Assembly: GCA_963748625.1 (NCBI GenBank)
Contig: CAVVJT010000007.1
Coordinates: 160,001 to 224,000 of the forward strand
Direction: 5' to 3'
Length of the DNA: 64,000 bases
Source: an uncultured Chloroflexia bacterium
Lineage (GTDB): Bacteria; Chloroflexota; Limnocylindria; Limnocylindrales; CSP1-4
Positions 27,673 to 38,307 of the stretch are shown piece after piece (position 1 is the first letter of the stretch; each line of letters starts with the position of its first letter). The translations under genes and the position numbers were made by a program. The notes beneath the pieces were generated by a model. That model saw only the letters and a list, made by a program, of their open reading frames with translations, ran no database searches and was not told where the DNA came from.

Positions 27673-28592
27673 CGGGCGCCCTCCAGCTCGGGCTGGGGAG
27701 CCCTGACGAGGTCGAGGAAGAGCTCCTCCAAGGTCTGCCGGCCAGGATCCACCGCGTGGATGCGCCCGCCGGCGGCCACGACGGCCGCGACAAGGTCTGG
27801 GACGCGCTCGGGATCGATCGGGCGGATCACCGTCCAGCCTTCCTCCTCGTACGCCCGGCCGAAGGCGGCGAACGGGTCGGCGCCGGGCGGGAGGTCGCTC
27901 ACCCGGATCCGGACGGCCTGCTCGCCCAGGAGGCTGGTGAGCGAGCCCGCGGCCACCACGCGGCCCTTGTTGACGATCGCCACCCGGTCGCACAGGCGCT
28001 CGACCTCGCCAAGGAGGTGGGAGTTGAGGAGCACGGCCGACCCGCGTTCGCGGGCGTGGCGGATGATGGCGCGCACGTCGTCACGGCCCACCGGGTCCAG
28101 CGCAGACGTGGGCTCGTCGAGGATGACCAGCGCCGGGTCGCCCAGGAGCGCCGCGGCCAGGCCCAGGCGTTGCTGCATGCCCTTGGAGAAGCCGCCCGTC
28201 CGGTCGCCTGCCCTTGCCGCAAGGCCCACCAGGTCCAGCACCCGGTCGATCTCAGCCTGGCGCGCCGCACCGGGGATGCCCGCGAGCGACACGTGGAGCT
28301 TGAGCACCTCGCGTGCGGTGAGCCAGGCCTGGTAGCGGAAGAGCTCGGGCAGATAGCCGATCCGCCGGCGCGCGTCCCGGTCGCCGAGGGGGCGGCCGAG
28401 CACGGTGCCTGCACCCCCGCTGGCGCGGGTCAGGCCGAGCAGGAGCTTGACCGAGGTGGTCTTGCCGGCCCCGTTCGGGCCGAGGAAGCCGAAGACCTCG
28501 CCCGGCTCGACGTGGAGGTCGAGTGACTCGAGGGCGACGGTGGAGCCGTAGACCTTGCGCAGGCCGGTGGTCTCGATGGCGGGGGTGCTCAC
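27669..28592 (-). CDS. ABC transporter ATP-binding protein
   Basis: GPNGAGKT, FSKGMQQR, ILDEPT, NSH. Confidence 0.92.
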   Translation of the reverse strand: MSTPAIETTGLRKVYGSTVALESLDLHVEPGEVFGFLGPNGAGKTTSVKLLLGLTRASGGAGTVLGRPLGDRDARRRIGYLPELFRYQAWLTAREVLKLHVSLAGIPGAARQAEIDRVLDLVGLAARAGDRTGGFSKGMQQRLGLAAALLGDPALVILDEPTSALDPVGRDDVRAIIRHARERGSAVLLNSHLLGEVERLCDRVAIVNKGRVVAAGSLTSLLGEQAVRIRVSDLPPGADPFAAFGRAYEEEGWTVIRPIDPERVPDLVAAVVAAGGRIHAVDPGRQTLEELFLDLVRAPQPELEGAR

Positions 28593-28717
28593 GACACCAT
28601 TCTGCGGTGGACGGCGGAATCCGGCCGCGCACGGTCGACGGCGTACCTCAGGGGCGTCGCCGCGAACGAGCCCTCCGACCCTTGTCACGCGCTCGTTGTG
28701 GGACTGGAATACCGGTC

Positions 28718-29728
28718 GTGCACGAACTCGCGCCGGAGACCCTGGCCTGGCTGCTGGAACCGGACGCACCCGCTGTGCGCCACGTCACCCTCCGCCGCCT
28801 GCTCGACCGGCCTGCTGACGACCCGGAGGTGGTGGCCGCGAGGCACGCTGCGATGGCGGCCGAGCCGATTGCCGCGATCCTCGCCGCGCAGCAGCCCGCG
28901 GGCTTCTGGGAGAAGGAGGGTCCCGGGTACGCGACGAAGTACCGCGGGACCGTGTGGCAGCTGGTGTTCCTCGACCAGCTCGGGGCGGACCCGGCCGACG
29001 GACGGATCGCACGGGCATGTGACTACGTGCTCGGGCACTCCCTCGGGTCGAATGGCGGCTTCGGGGCGTCGGGCGCGCTGGCAGGTCCCCCGCCCTCGTC
29101 GTCCGTGATCCACTGCCTCAACGGCAACCTCGTGCGGGCGCTCATCGGCTTCGGGCGGCTGGCCGACGAGCGGGTCCAGATGGCGATCGAGTGGCAGGCG
29201 CGGGCGATCACCGGCGAGGGCGTCGCCCACTGGTTCGCATCGGGCACATCGGGTCCAGGCTTCGCCTGCGGGCCGAACCAGGGGTTGCCCTGCGGTTGGG
29301 GGGCCGCCAAGGCGATGCTGGCGCTGGCCCGGGTCCCGCCCGCCGCACGGTCACCCCTGGTCGACCGGGCGATCAAGGTCGGCATCGGGTTCCTCCTCGC
29401 CTGCGATCCATCCACCGCGGCCTACCCGATGGGCTGGGGAAACGCCCGGCCGAGTGGCTCGTGGTTCAGGCTCGGTTTCCCGTCGGGCTACGTGGCCGAC
29501 GTCCTGCAGGTGGTCGAGGCACTGAGCGAGCTGGGATGTGCCGGGGACGAGCGCCTTGGGAACGCATTCACGTGGCTGGCCGCCAAGCGCGACGCACGTG
29601 GCCGCTGGCGCAACGAGCACGCGTACAACGGCAAGACCTGGGTCGACATCGAGCGCCAGGGCCAGCCGAGCAAATGGGTGACCCTCCGGGCGGCAGTGGT
29701 CCTCCGGGCCGCGGCGAAGACGGGGTAG
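28718..29728 (+). CDS. Hypothetical protein, prenyltransferase/squalene-cyclase-like alpha/alpha barrel
   Basis: ILAAQQPAGFW and KRDARGRW QW-like motifs; ends GQPSKWVTLRA. Confidence 0.7.
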   Translation: MHELAPETLAWLLEPDAPAVRHVTLRRLLDRPADDPEVVAARHAAMAAEPIAAILAAQQPAGFWEKEGPGYATKYRGTVWQLVFLDQLGADPADGRIARACDYVLGHSLGSNGGFGASGALAGPPPSSSVIHCLNGNLVRALIGFGRLADERVQMAIEWQARAITGEGVAHWFASGTSGPGFACGPNQGLPCGWGAAKAMLALARVPPAARSPLVDRAIKVGIGFLLACDPSTAAYPMGWGNARPSGSWFRLGFPSGYVADVLQVVEALSELGCAGDERLGNAFTWLAAKRDARGRWRNEHAYNGKTWVDIERQGQPSKWVTLRAAVVLRAAAKTG

Positions 29729-29783
29729 GTCCAGTTCGGGCTGTGACAGCAGAGGTGGCACAGGCGGGAGGCACGCTCCGGGC

Positions 29784-29957
29784 ATGACGAACGCGACCGC
29801 ACCGGAGGCCGGCCCCATGCTCTTCGCGGACTGCCCGTTCTGCGACGCCCCGGCAATCGTGGACGAGGCCACGGGCGCGCTCGCCTGCGAGCCGTGCGCG
29901 CTCACGCTCCCGATCGAGGACGTACCGGCGTCCAGGGAGCTCCCGGCAGCCGCCTGA
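29784..29957 (+). CDS. Small zinc-ribbon protein (57 aa), not in ORF track
   Basis: MTNATAPEAGPMLFADCPFCDAPAIVDEATGALACEPCALTLPIEDVPASRELPAAA; GGGAGG upstream. Confidence 0.7.
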   Translation: MTNATAPEAGPMLFADCPFCDAPAIVDEATGALACEPCALTLPIEDVPASRELPAAA

Positions 29958-29981
29958 TCACCGGAACCCGCAGGGGCTCCC

Positions 29982-31031
29982 TCAGCCGGCGGGTGTGACC
30001 GGCCTGCCGGGCAGCTCCTCGCGCAGGAGCCAGCAGGCGGCCTCGTGCCCCTCGCCCACCATGAGGAGCGGCGGCTCCTCCTCGCGACACCGGTCGAAGG
30101 CGGCGGGGCACCGTGGGTGGAACCGGCAGCCCTTCGGGATGTGGGCGGCGTCAGGGGTCTCGCCAACCAGGATCGTCCGCTCCTGGTGCGTGCCCTCTCC
30201 GGGCGGATCGGGCGACGGTGAGACCGAGACCAGCGCCTGGGTGTACGGGTTGCGGGGCGACCGGATCACGGCTTCCGCAGGACCGATCTCCATGATCCGG
30301 CCCAGGTACATCACCGCGATCCTGTCCGCGATGACCCAGGCGATGGAGAGATCGTGCGTGATGAAGAGGTAGGTCAGGCCGCGCTCGCGTCGCAGCTCCA
30401 GCATCAGGCGGAGCAGCTCGGTGCGGATGGAGACGTCCAGCATCGAGACCGGCTCGTCGGCGACGACGAGGTCAGGATCCATGACCAGGGCGCCAGCGAT
30501 CACCGCTCGCTGGCGCTGGCCCCCGGACAGCTCGTGGGGATAGCGCGCCGCATAGTCCGCGGCGGGGCGCAGGCCCGCGGCTTCGAGCGCGTCGTAGACC
30601 CGCCGATCGCGCTCGTCGCGGGACATCCGCTTGCCCGACACCACGAGGGGCTCCGCCACGAAGTCGCCGATGGTGTGCTTGGGATTGAGCGTCTCGTACG
30701 GATCCTGGAAGATCAGCTGGACGCGACGGCGGTACGCACGCAGCCTGCGCGTGCCCCAGAGGGTGCTGACGTCGGTTCCGTCGAACACAATCCGTCCGGC
30801 GGTCTGCTTGGTGAGCTTGACGACCACGCGCCCGGTGGTGGTCTTGCCGGAGCCGGACTCCCCCACCAGCGCCAGGATCTCGCCCCGGCGGATCGTGAGG
30901 TCGATCCCATCCACGGCCCGCACATAGTTGGCGGCCTTGCCCGTGAGCGTCGCGCCGAGGCTGCGGCGCACCGGGAAATGGACCTTCAGGCCCTCGAGGC
31001 GGAGGAGCTCCTTGCCGTCCGACGCGCTCAT
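29982..31031 (-). CDS. Oligo/dipeptide ABC transporter ATP-binding subunit (OppF/DppF-like)
   Basis: [32 protein letters not shown]. Confidence 0.93.
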   Translation of the reverse strand: MSASDGKELLRLEGLKVHFPVRRSLGATLTGKAANYVRAVDGIDLTIRRGEILALVGESGSGKTTTGRVVVKLTKQTAGRIVFDGTDVSTLWGTRRLRAYRRRVQLIFQDPYETLNPKHTIGDFVAEPLVVSGKRMSRDERDRRVYDALEAAGLRPAADYAARYPHELSGGQRQRAVIAGALVMDPDLVVADEPVSMLDVSIRTELLRLMLELRRERGLTYLFITHDLSIAWVIADRIAVMYLGRIMEIGPAEAVIRSPRNPYTQALVSVSPSPDPPGEGTHQERTILVGETPDAAHIPKGCRFHPRCPAAFDRCREEEPPLLMVGEGHEAACWLLREELPGRPVTPAG

Positions 31032-32119
31032 GCGGTCCCCTCCTTCGGCACCCTGGCTGACGGAGGCACCCAGACCGGTGGCGTGGGCAGGGCGATGGCG
31101 TCACCGCCAGCCGGGTAGAGGTGGCAGGCAACCCGCACGCCGTCGGGGTAGCGGACCTCGGTGGGCACCTCGGCCCGGCAGACATCCATCGCCTCCTCGC
31201 AGCGGGGCGCGAAGCGGCAGCCCGGCGGCGGGGTGCGCAGGTCGGGCGGGGACCCGGGGATCACATCCAGGGTCCGGCGGTCGGCGTGGATGTTCGGGAA
31301 GGCCGCCAGCAGCTTGCGCGTGTAGGGATGGCGCGGCTGGCTGAAGACGCGCCGGACCGGGCCCTCCTCCGCGACCCGCCCGGCGTACATGACCAGGACC
31401 TTGTCGCAGGTCTCCGCGATCACGGACAGGTCGTGGGTGATGAGCATCAGCGAGAGCCCCAGGTCCCGCCGGAGCTGCTCCAGAAGCTGGAGGATCTGGG
31501 CCTGGACCATCACGTCGAGCGCGGTGGTGGGCTCGTCGCCGATGACCACGGCCGGGTCGCAGGCGAGGGCCATCGCGATCATCGCCCGCTGGCGCATGCC
31601 GCCCGACAGCTCGTGCGGGTAGGCCGCCGCCCGCTTCTTCGGGATGCCCACGAGCTCGAGCAGCTCGCCTGCACGCTTCTGGGACGCTTCGCGGGTCTGG
31701 CCCAGGCGCACCTCCACCGGCTCGGCGATCTGGTCGCCGATCCGCTGCACCGGGTTGAGCGCATTCATCGCGCCCTGGAACACGATGGCGATCTCGCGCC
31801 ACCGGTAGCGGGCGAGCTGGGTCTCGGTCTTCGGCACCAGGTCGATGCCGAAGAGCTCCACCGACCCTGCCTTGATCGCGCCGTTGGCCGGAAGGAGGCC
31901 CACGAGCGAGAGGGCGGTCGTGGTCTTGCCGCAGCCCGACTCTCCGGCGATCCCGAGCGCCTCCCCATCGTCCAGGCGGAAGTTGACGCCGTCCACGGCC
32001 TTGACGCTGCCCACCGGCATCTTGAACCGGACGGCGAGGTCCTCCACCACGAGCAGCGGTGCACCGGGGACGGCCTGCTTGGGCAGGGGCCACTGGCGCC
32101 GGCCGCGCACCGGCGTCAC
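31028..32119 (-). CDS. Oligo/dipeptide ABC transporter ATP-binding subunit (OppD/DppD-like)
   Basis: [24 protein letters not shown]. True start could be GTG 32189 if there is an indel near 32145. Confidence 0.92.
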   Translation of the reverse strand: MTPVRGRRQWPLPKQAVPGAPLLVVEDLAVRFKMPVGSVKAVDGVNFRLDDGEALGIAGESGCGKTTTALSLVGLLPANGAIKAGSVELFGIDLVPKTETQLARYRWREIAIVFQGAMNALNPVQRIGDQIAEPVEVRLGQTREASQKRAGELLELVGIPKKRAAAYPHELSGGMRQRAMIAMALACDPAVVIGDEPTTALDVMVQAQILQLLEQLRRDLGLSLMLITHDLSVIAETCDKVLVMYAGRVAEEGPVRRVFSQPRHPYTRKLLAAFPNIHADRRTLDVIPGSPPDLRTPPPGCRFAPRCEEAMDVCRAEVPTEVRYPDGVRVACHLYPAGGDAIALPTPPVWVPPSARVPKEGTA

Positions 32120-32185
32120 GGGCGTCGTGCGCGTCTCAGGCGTCTGGCGGGGGCGTCTGGGGCGTCTGGGGCGCCTCCTGCGCGG

Positions 32186-33120
32186 TCACCGGCGCTCCCT
32201 CCCCTTGGGGTTGAGCATGTCGTCGAGCGCGTTGCCCACGAGGGTGAACGCGAGCACAACGAGCACCACGCATACGGCGGGCGGCACGATGTACCACCAC
32301 GCACCAAGACCTGGAGCGCCGGCCTCCTGGGCCGCGTTGAGGGTCTGTCCCCACGACGGGGCGGCCGGGTCGCCCAGGCCGATGAACGCGAGCGTCGTCT
32401 CGGTGAAGACGGCGGCGGCGAACGTGAGGACGGCCTGCGCGACGATGAGGTTCACGACGTTGGGCAGGATGTGGTGGCCCATGATGTGTCCCGTCCCGGC
32501 CCCAACCACGCGCGCCCGGTCCACGAACATGCGCTCCTTGACCGAGAGCACCTGGGAACGGATCACCCGGGCGGTGGCCGCCCAGCTGGTGAGGCCGATC
32601 ACCACGACCACCACCACGAGCGTCGCCCGGATGCCCGCGAACTCCGCGTCCGCGCCGATCACGTCGAGCAGCACGGGGGCCAGGATCAGGGCGAGCACGA
32701 CCGTGGGCAGGACCAGGAAGAAGTCCGAGATGCGCATCAGGATCGCGTCGGCTTGCCGCCCACGTACCCCGCGACGATGCCCATCGTGGCCCCCAGGAAC
32801 ACGGTGATCAGCGTGGCGAGCAGGCCGATCATCAGGGAGATCCGCGCGCCGTGGACGGTGAGGTTGAGCATGTCCCGGCCCAGCTCATCGGTGCCCAGGA
32901 TGTACTCCAGGGACGGCGGGGCGAGGGGTGGGCCGGTGGCGCTCACGACATTCTGGAGCTCGCCCACGAACAAAGCGGGGGCCAGCGCCACCACCGCGAA
33001 CACCGCGAGGATTCCCGCGCCCAGGGCCCCATCGCCCCGCCCGAGGAAGCTGCGCACGGCATCGAACCGGCGCCGCCGCGGCACGCTCGCCGGGCCCACC
33101 GTGGTCCCTGCGGCGGTCAT
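32186..33120 (-). pseudogene. Oligopeptide ABC permease (OppC-like), frameshifted near 32750 (real or sequencing error)
   Basis: LGTDELGRD..GYVGGK in one frame continues as DAILMRISD..HILPN..SWG in another; one base is missing. Confidence 0.85.
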
Positions 33121-34085
33121 GCCCGCACCCGCGGATCGAGCAGGCCGTAGACGATGTCGGCCGCGAAGTTCGCCATGACCACAGAGACCGCGACCATCAG
33201 GAAGATCCCCTGCAGCAGGGGGTAGTCACGCGAGTCGAGCGCAAGCACCGTCAGCGTACCGATGCCCGGCCAGTTGAAGACGATCTCGGCGGTGATGGCG
33301 CCCGCCACCACGTAGCCCACGTTGATCGCAATCAGCGTCACCATCGGCAGGAGGGCGTTGGGGAAGGCATGTTCCTTGAGGATGCGGGCGTCAGTCAGGC
33401 CCTTGGCGCGGGCCGTGGTGACGTAGTCCTCCGTCCGGGTCTCGATGATCGCGGAGCGCATCAGGATGGAGTACCCGCCGATCAGGCCCAGGGACACCGC
33501 GGCCAGCGGCAGCGCAAGGTGCCGCAGCAGGTCCAGGACGGCGGCGAAGCCCTCCTGGGGGCCCCCGGGTGTCGTCATGCCCGACGTCGGGAACCAGCCC
33601 AGGCCGGCCGCGAAGACGATGATCAACGGCATGCCGATGACGAAGTACGGCATCGAGTAGAGGACCAGGGCCAGGCCGCCGCCCACGCGGTCGAGCTTGC
33701 TGCCGCGCTTCCAGCCGGATCTCGCCCCGAGGGCCAGGCCCACCGTGATCGCGATGATCTCCGCGAGGCCGATGAGCAGGATTGTCGGGCCGGCGGCATC
33801 AGCGATGACCTCCGTGACCGGCTGGCCCCGGTACTTGATCGAGTAGCCGAGATCACCTGATGCCGTCGAGCGCACGTAGGCGATGAGCTGGTCGGGGATG
33901 ATCGGCTTGTCCAGGCCCCAGCGGACCCGGGCTGCCGCCACCTGCTCCGCGGTGAGGTTCGGGTTCTTGATGGCGCGGTCCGGCGAGCCCGGCATCAGCC
34001 GGAACAGGACGAACATGAGCAGCACGATGGCGATGATCGTGAACACCGCCTGTGCGAACTTGCGCAGGACGTAGCGCGCGCTCAC
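33117..34085 (-). CDS. Oligopeptide ABC permease (OppB-like)
   Basis: WGLDKP, GDLGYS, EDYVTTARAKGL, HAFPNAL, FNWPGIG. Confidence 0.93.
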   Translation of the reverse strand: MSARYVLRKFAQAVFTIIAIVLLMFVLFRLMPGSPDRAIKNPNLTAEQVAAARVRWGLDKPIIPDQLIAYVRSTASGDLGYSIKYRGQPVTEVIADAAGPTILLIGLAEIIAITVGLALGARSGWKRGSKLDRVGGGLALVLYSMPYFVIGMPLIIVFAAGLGWFPTSGMTTPGGPQEGFAAVLDLLRHLALPLAAVSLGLIGGYSILMRSAIIETRTEDYVTTARAKGLTDARILKEHAFPNALLPMVTLIAINVGYVVAGAITAEIVFNWPGIGTLTVLALDSRDYPLLQGIFLMVAVSVVMANFAADIVYGLLDPRVRA

Positions 34086-34101
34086 GGTCGGCCACGATCA
34101 G

Positions 34102-34129
34102 CCCGGGGGCGCCGGCTGGCGCCCCCGGG
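34102..34129 (-). terminator. Perfect 12-bp GC stem-loop between the oppA-like and oppB-like genes (attenuator or mRNA stabiliser)
   Basis: CCCGGGGGCGCC-GGCT-GGCGCCCCCGGG. Confidence 0.6.
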
Positions 34130-34161
34130 TGCATGGCCGGGAGTGGAGCGGCCCGCGGGGC

Positions 34162-36084
34162 TCACTCGTCGTCGTCGGGCTCGCCCTTGCGCCGCCGGGA
34201 GTTGATCAGCCAGATGAACACGATGCCGATGATCACGGCCGCCACGATCGCGATCACCAGCAGGGTCGTGCTCGGGCTGTCGGTGTCCGCGGCGGTTCCG
34301 CCGTCACCGCTCGGCGCCGGGGTCGCCGGCGCCTCGCTGGCCGGAGCCGCCGTCGCAGGCGCCTCGGTCGCTGCGGCCGGCGTGGGGCTCGGCTGGGCGG
34401 TGGCGTCCGAGAGGAGCGTGTACTGCAGGGTGCCGTAGGTGAACAGCGGGGTGCCCTCGGCCGGCATGTTCTGCCAGCCTGCGAACCGGTCGGTCCGGTA
34501 GGCGTCCAGGTTCGCGTCGTAGTAGAGGATGTCGTACGGCGCCTCGTCGTAGATCAGGTTCTGCATCTCGGCCAGGGTGGCCGCCCGCTCCGCGCCCGCC
34601 TGGGTGAGCTGGAGCTCGTACATGGCGTCGAAGTCGGGATTGCAGTACTGGCTGTCGGACGTGTTGCCGATCTGCTCGCACTGGAAGATGTCCATGAGCG
34701 CGGAAGGGTCGGGATTGCCTGCCCAGCCCCAGAGCTCGATGTCGTAGTCGGCCTTGTAGTCGTCGCCGGCCTCCGGTGGGAGGACGCGGTTGCCGACCGT
34801 CGCGGAGTCCAGGACCTCGGTGGTGACGCCGATGCCCAGCTCGCCGTACCAGCTCTCCACGAACTGGGCGGCCTTCGTGTAGTTGGCCTCCGTGTTCGGT
34901 GTCACCAGGCGCAGGGAGATCGGCTTGCCCTCCTTGTCGAGGCGCTTGCCGTCTGCATCGAGGGTGTAGCCGGCGGCCTCGAGCTTCTGCTTGGCAAGCT
35001 CGATATCGAAGGTGCGCGGGGTGTTCGGGGTGACGTGCCAGTCTGACAGGATCGGCGGGATGATCGTGTCACCCGGGTCGCCGAACCCGCCCAGGACGCG
35101 CTCCACGAGCAGGTCCTTGTCGATCGCATAGCCGAGCGCGTCGCGGAACTTGGGGTCCAGCAGCGCCTGCGTCGACGGGCCTCCGCCCTTGATGGTCTTG
35201 CCGGTGCCGGTGCCGTAGGTGTTGAAGGCGAGCTGCGACCAGCCGTTCGCCTTGCCCACGACAGTGCCGAAGGCCGGGTCTGCCTGGAGCTGCTTGAGCT
35301 GGTCCGCGTTCACGCCGCGGGCATAGTCGAGCTCGCCCGACTTGAGGGCCTGGACCATGGTGTCCGCGTTCTGGAAGAACTGGATCACCACCTCGTCCGC
35401 GAACCCCTGGGGACCCCAGTACTCCGGGTTGCGGGTGAAGCGGGCGTACTGCCCGGTCTTCCACTCCTGGAGGATGTACGGGCCCGTGCCCACGAGCGGC
35501 GGGTCGAAGGTGTCCTCGGCGATGGCGGTGTAGTCCTTGGCGCCGTAGATGTGCGCCGGCAGGATCGGGACGTAGACCTGGAAGATCCGATCGGACTGGT
35601 CGGTCGTGTAGGCGATGAAGGTCTGGTCGTCAGGACACTCCACCTTCGTGACGCCGGCGTCCTTGACGCCCGGGTCCAGGTAGCCGGCTCCGACGTAGGA
35701 CTCAGCGGCGATGGCGTCCACCGCGAGCCCCCACGAGTAGCACACGTCCTTGGACGTGGCGGGCGTCCCGTCGGACCACTTCATGCCATCGCGGATGGTG
35801 AAGACGACCTTGTCGGCCTCGCGGGTCCAGCTCTCGGCGAAGCCGGGCGCGGGCTTGGCGTCCTTGTCGAAGTCCACCAGCAGGTTGTAGGTCAGCTGGA
35901 AGACCTCGTACCCCGAGACGAGGTAGGTGTTGAACGGGTTGGTCGCATCCAGGTCCTGGGTGGTCCCGACGCGCAGCACCACCGGATCGGCGGCGGCTGC
36001 CGGCGCTGCGACGGGCAGCAGCAGGGAGAGCGCGAGCAGCGGTGCGGCAAGGCGCCGCGCGCTGCGGTAACGCGCCGTGGTCAT
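34162..36084 (-). CDS. Peptide ABC substrate-binding protein (family 5) with C-terminal TM anchor
   Basis: AGGAGG RBS, signal peptide, KWSDGTP, GTGPY, LEAAGY; C-terminal Pro/Ala linker, TM and RRRK. Confidence 0.92.
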   Translation of the reverse strand: MTTARYRSARRLAAPLLALSLLLPVAAPAAAADPVVLRVGTTQDLDATNPFNTYLVSGYEVFQLTYNLLVDFDKDAKPAPGFAESWTREADKVVFTIRDGMKWSDGTPATSKDVCYSWGLAVDAIAAESYVGAGYLDPGVKDAGVTKVECPDDQTFIAYTTDQSDRIFQVYVPILPAHIYGAKDYTAIAEDTFDPPLVGTGPYILQEWKTGQYARFTRNPEYWGPQGFADEVVIQFFQNADTMVQALKSGELDYARGVNADQLKQLQADPAFGTVVGKANGWSQLAFNTYGTGTGKTIKGGGPSTQALLDPKFRDALGYAIDKDLLVERVLGGFGDPGDTIIPPILSDWHVTPNTPRTFDIELAKQKLEAAGYTLDADGKRLDKEGKPISLRLVTPNTEANYTKAAQFVESWYGELGIGVTTEVLDSATVGNRVLPPEAGDDYKADYDIELWGWAGNPDPSALMDIFQCEQIGNTSDSQYCNPDFDAMYELQLTQAGAERAATLAEMQNLIYDEAPYDILYYDANLDAYRTDRFAGWQNMPAEGTPLFTYGTLQYTLLSDATAQPSPTPAAATEAPATAAPASEAPATPAPSGDGGTAADTDSPSTTLLVIAIVAAVIIGIVFIWLINSRRRKGEPDDDE

Positions 36085-36251
36085 GAGATCTCCTCCTCCT
36101 CGTGACCTCGTCAGCCGTACGTCCCCATTCGCGCGGCTGACCGCCCGGGATGCCCCGGGTCCGTGCGCGGAGCGTTGCACAGGCCCCGGATCCTCGCAAC
36201 TGCCGTTGCGTCCAGCGTCGCGAGCAAGCGTCGCGCCGCGCGTGTGCGACA

Positions 36252-36830
36252 TCAGTCGATTGGCATCCCGCGCTGGCCCGCGGCGTACAGTCCGATCGCC
36301 GCGATCGTGAGCACATCATGGATGGACCCCGTCGCGATCTCCGCGAGGATCTCCTCGAGGGTCGCCCACCGGACCGTGAGGTCCTCCGACGGCTCGGGGT
36401 CCGACTCGCCCGGGTGCAGGCCCGTGGCCAGGAAGAGGGCGCCCCGCTCGTCGGTGACGGAGTTCGACAGGGACAGCCGGCACAGCTGGCGCCAACCGTC
36501 CGCTGCGTAGCCGGTCTCCTCGCGCAGCTCGCGGCGCGCCCCCTCGACCGGCGGCAGCTCCGGCGAGGCGCCGCCCTCGGGGATCTCCCAGCTGTACTCG
36601 TCGAGCGGATAGCGGTGCTGGCCGACCAGCAGGATGCGGCCGTCCTCGTCCACTGCCACCACCCCCACGGCCACGTACTCGAAGTGGACGACCCCGTAGA
36701 TGCCGGGGCTGCCGTCCGGCCGGTCAACTTCGTCGTGGAGGACCTCGATCCAGGGGTTGGCATAGGCGGTCGCGCGCGTCCTGCGGCGCCACGGGCCGAT
36801 GGGGACCGGGAGGGGCGAGGGGTCCGTCAT
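36252..36830 (-). CDS. NUDIX hydrolase (ADP-ribose pyrophosphatase-like)
   Basis: WEIPEGG..GARRELREETGY Nudix box. Confidence 0.92.
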   Translation of the reverse strand: MTDPSPLPVPIGPWRRRTRATAYANPWIEVLHDEVDRPDGSPGIYGVVHFEYVAVGVVAVDEDGRILLVGQHRYPLDEYSWEIPEGGASPELPPVEGARRELREETGYAADGWRQLCRLSLSNSVTDERGALFLATGLHPGESDPEPSEDLTVRWATLEEILAEIATGSIHDVLTIAAIGLYAAGQRGMPID

Positions 36831-36935
36831 GTCACACACGGTACGGCAATGCGTCGGTACCAGCGGCACTGGCGGATGACGAACCCGCAGCGCAACGTGG
36901 CGGGCATCCGTCAGCGGGCAAAGGGGAGTGGGACG

Positions 36936-37958
36936 ATGGCAAGAGGGGCGGAGCGCTCGTCGCGGCGCAGGTGGCTGATCGGCGGCCTCATCGGTGTGGT
37001 CGTGATCTTCGTGTTCCTGTACGGGGTGGCGTCGTTCGTGGTGTACGACGGGGTGGGCAAGGCACCCCAAGCTTGCTGGCCGAAGGACCAGGCCAACACA
37101 CCGGCGTCCTTCAAGGTTCCCGGCGATGTCGATGGGGCGATCGCGGCGGCCCACGCCATGCCCGCCTTCGAGGAGATCCAGTTCGCGTCGCGCGACCCGC
37201 AGATCCCGGACGCGAAGCTGGCGGCGTGGTGGGTCCCGGCAGCCGAAGCCGATGCCCCGGCAGTGGTGCTGGTCCACGGCGTGCAGTCGTGCCGCCGCGA
37301 GGCGTCGGTGCTGCTCGCGGCCGGCATGCTCCACAAGGCCGGGTACTCGGTGTTCCTGATGGACCTGCGGGACCACGGCGATTCCGAAGGTGACGACGCC
37401 CGGTTCGCAGGCGGCAGCGAGGAGTACCTCGACGTGCTCGGCGGCTGGGACTGGGTGCAGGCACAGGGCGTGCCGGCGGACCGGATCGGCGTGGCGGGCT
37501 TCTCGTTCGGCTCGATCTCGTCGATCGTTGCCGGCAGCCAGGAGCCGCAGGTCGCGGCGGTCTGGGCCGACTCGGCGACGACCACCATGAACGAGGGCAT
37601 CGGCAACTTCCTCGCCGACCAGGTGCATGACGGCTCCGGGCTGTCGAAGATCCTCGTCCCGGGGGCGATCATCTGGGCGAAGGTGATCGCCGGGGATGAC
37701 CTGACCCGTTTTGACCCCATCAAGGAGGTCGCCGCGTACGGCGGACGGCACATCGCGTTCGTCCACGGAGCCGCCGATTCCATCCTGCCGGCCCAGATGT
37801 CCCGGGACCTCCAGGCGGCCGCCGTGGCAGCGGGCGCGACCTCGCCCGAGGCATGGATCGTCCCGGAGGCGAAGCACACGGAGGAGATCTACGTCGCGCC
37901 TGACGTCTACGCGGATCGCCTCGTGACCTTCTTCGACGAAGCCCTCGGGCAGCCGTAG
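36936..37958 (+). CDS. Membrane-anchored alpha/beta hydrolase
   Basis: N-terminal TM, VLVHG, DLRDHGDS, GFSFG, VHGAAD, AKH. Confidence 0.88.
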   Translation: MARGAERSSRRRWLIGGLIGVVVIFVFLYGVASFVVYDGVGKAPQACWPKDQANTPASFKVPGDVDGAIAAAHAMPAFEEIQFASRDPQIPDAKLAAWWVPAAEADAPAVVLVHGVQSCRREASVLLAAGMLHKAGYSVFLMDLRDHGDSEGDDARFAGGSEEYLDVLGGWDWVQAQGVPADRIGVAGFSFGSISSIVAGSQEPQVAAVWADSATTTMNEGIGNFLADQVHDGSGLSKILVPGAIIWAKVIAGDDLTRFDPIKEVAAYGGRHIAFVHGAADSILPAQMSRDLQAAAVAAGATSPEAWIVPEAKHTEEIYVAPDVYADRLVTFFDEALGQP

Positions 37959-38000
37959 CTCGGGCAGCCAGAGGCCGTTCGACGGGCGCCAGCGATTCCC

Positions 38001-38165
38001 ATACTCGCACCAGGTGGGACCTATTCCGGCATCAACCGCCATACGCCCACCCGGTGGGAGCTATCGGCCCGAACGGGGCCGGACAGCCCGTAGCGCCCAC
38101 CAGGTGGGAGCAAGAGCAGGTCCAGGGGTCGGGACATCGGATAGCGCCCACCTGGCGGGCATCTG
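38001..38165 (+). repeat. Intergenic repeat family B, copy 2
   Basis: ATACTCGCACCAGGTGGGA (38001), ATACGCCCACCCGGTGGGAG (38041), TAGCGCCCACCAGGTGGGAG (38091), ATAGCGCCCACCTGGCGGG (38141). Confidence 0.8.
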
Positions 38166-38307
38166 ACAAGGATGGCGGATAGAGCCGCGCGCACCAGTAC
38201 ATCCCGAAGGGCGGACCCCGGGCTGGACCCCGCCTGCGCTGGGATGTCCGCGCCCCGGTGCGAGACGACCCGGGCGGGACGCCGCCTGCCGCCTAGACTG
38301 GGTCGCC

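Noticed and set aside
28718-29728. Terpene cyclase or secondary metabolite gene
   Set aside because: No DxDD catalytic motif and no biosynthetic neighbours; only fold-level similarity.
38001-38165. CRISPR mini-array
   Set aside because: Units are degenerate, periods are uneven (40/50/51), spacers are homologous to those at 7145-7310, and no cas genes or AT-rich leader are present.
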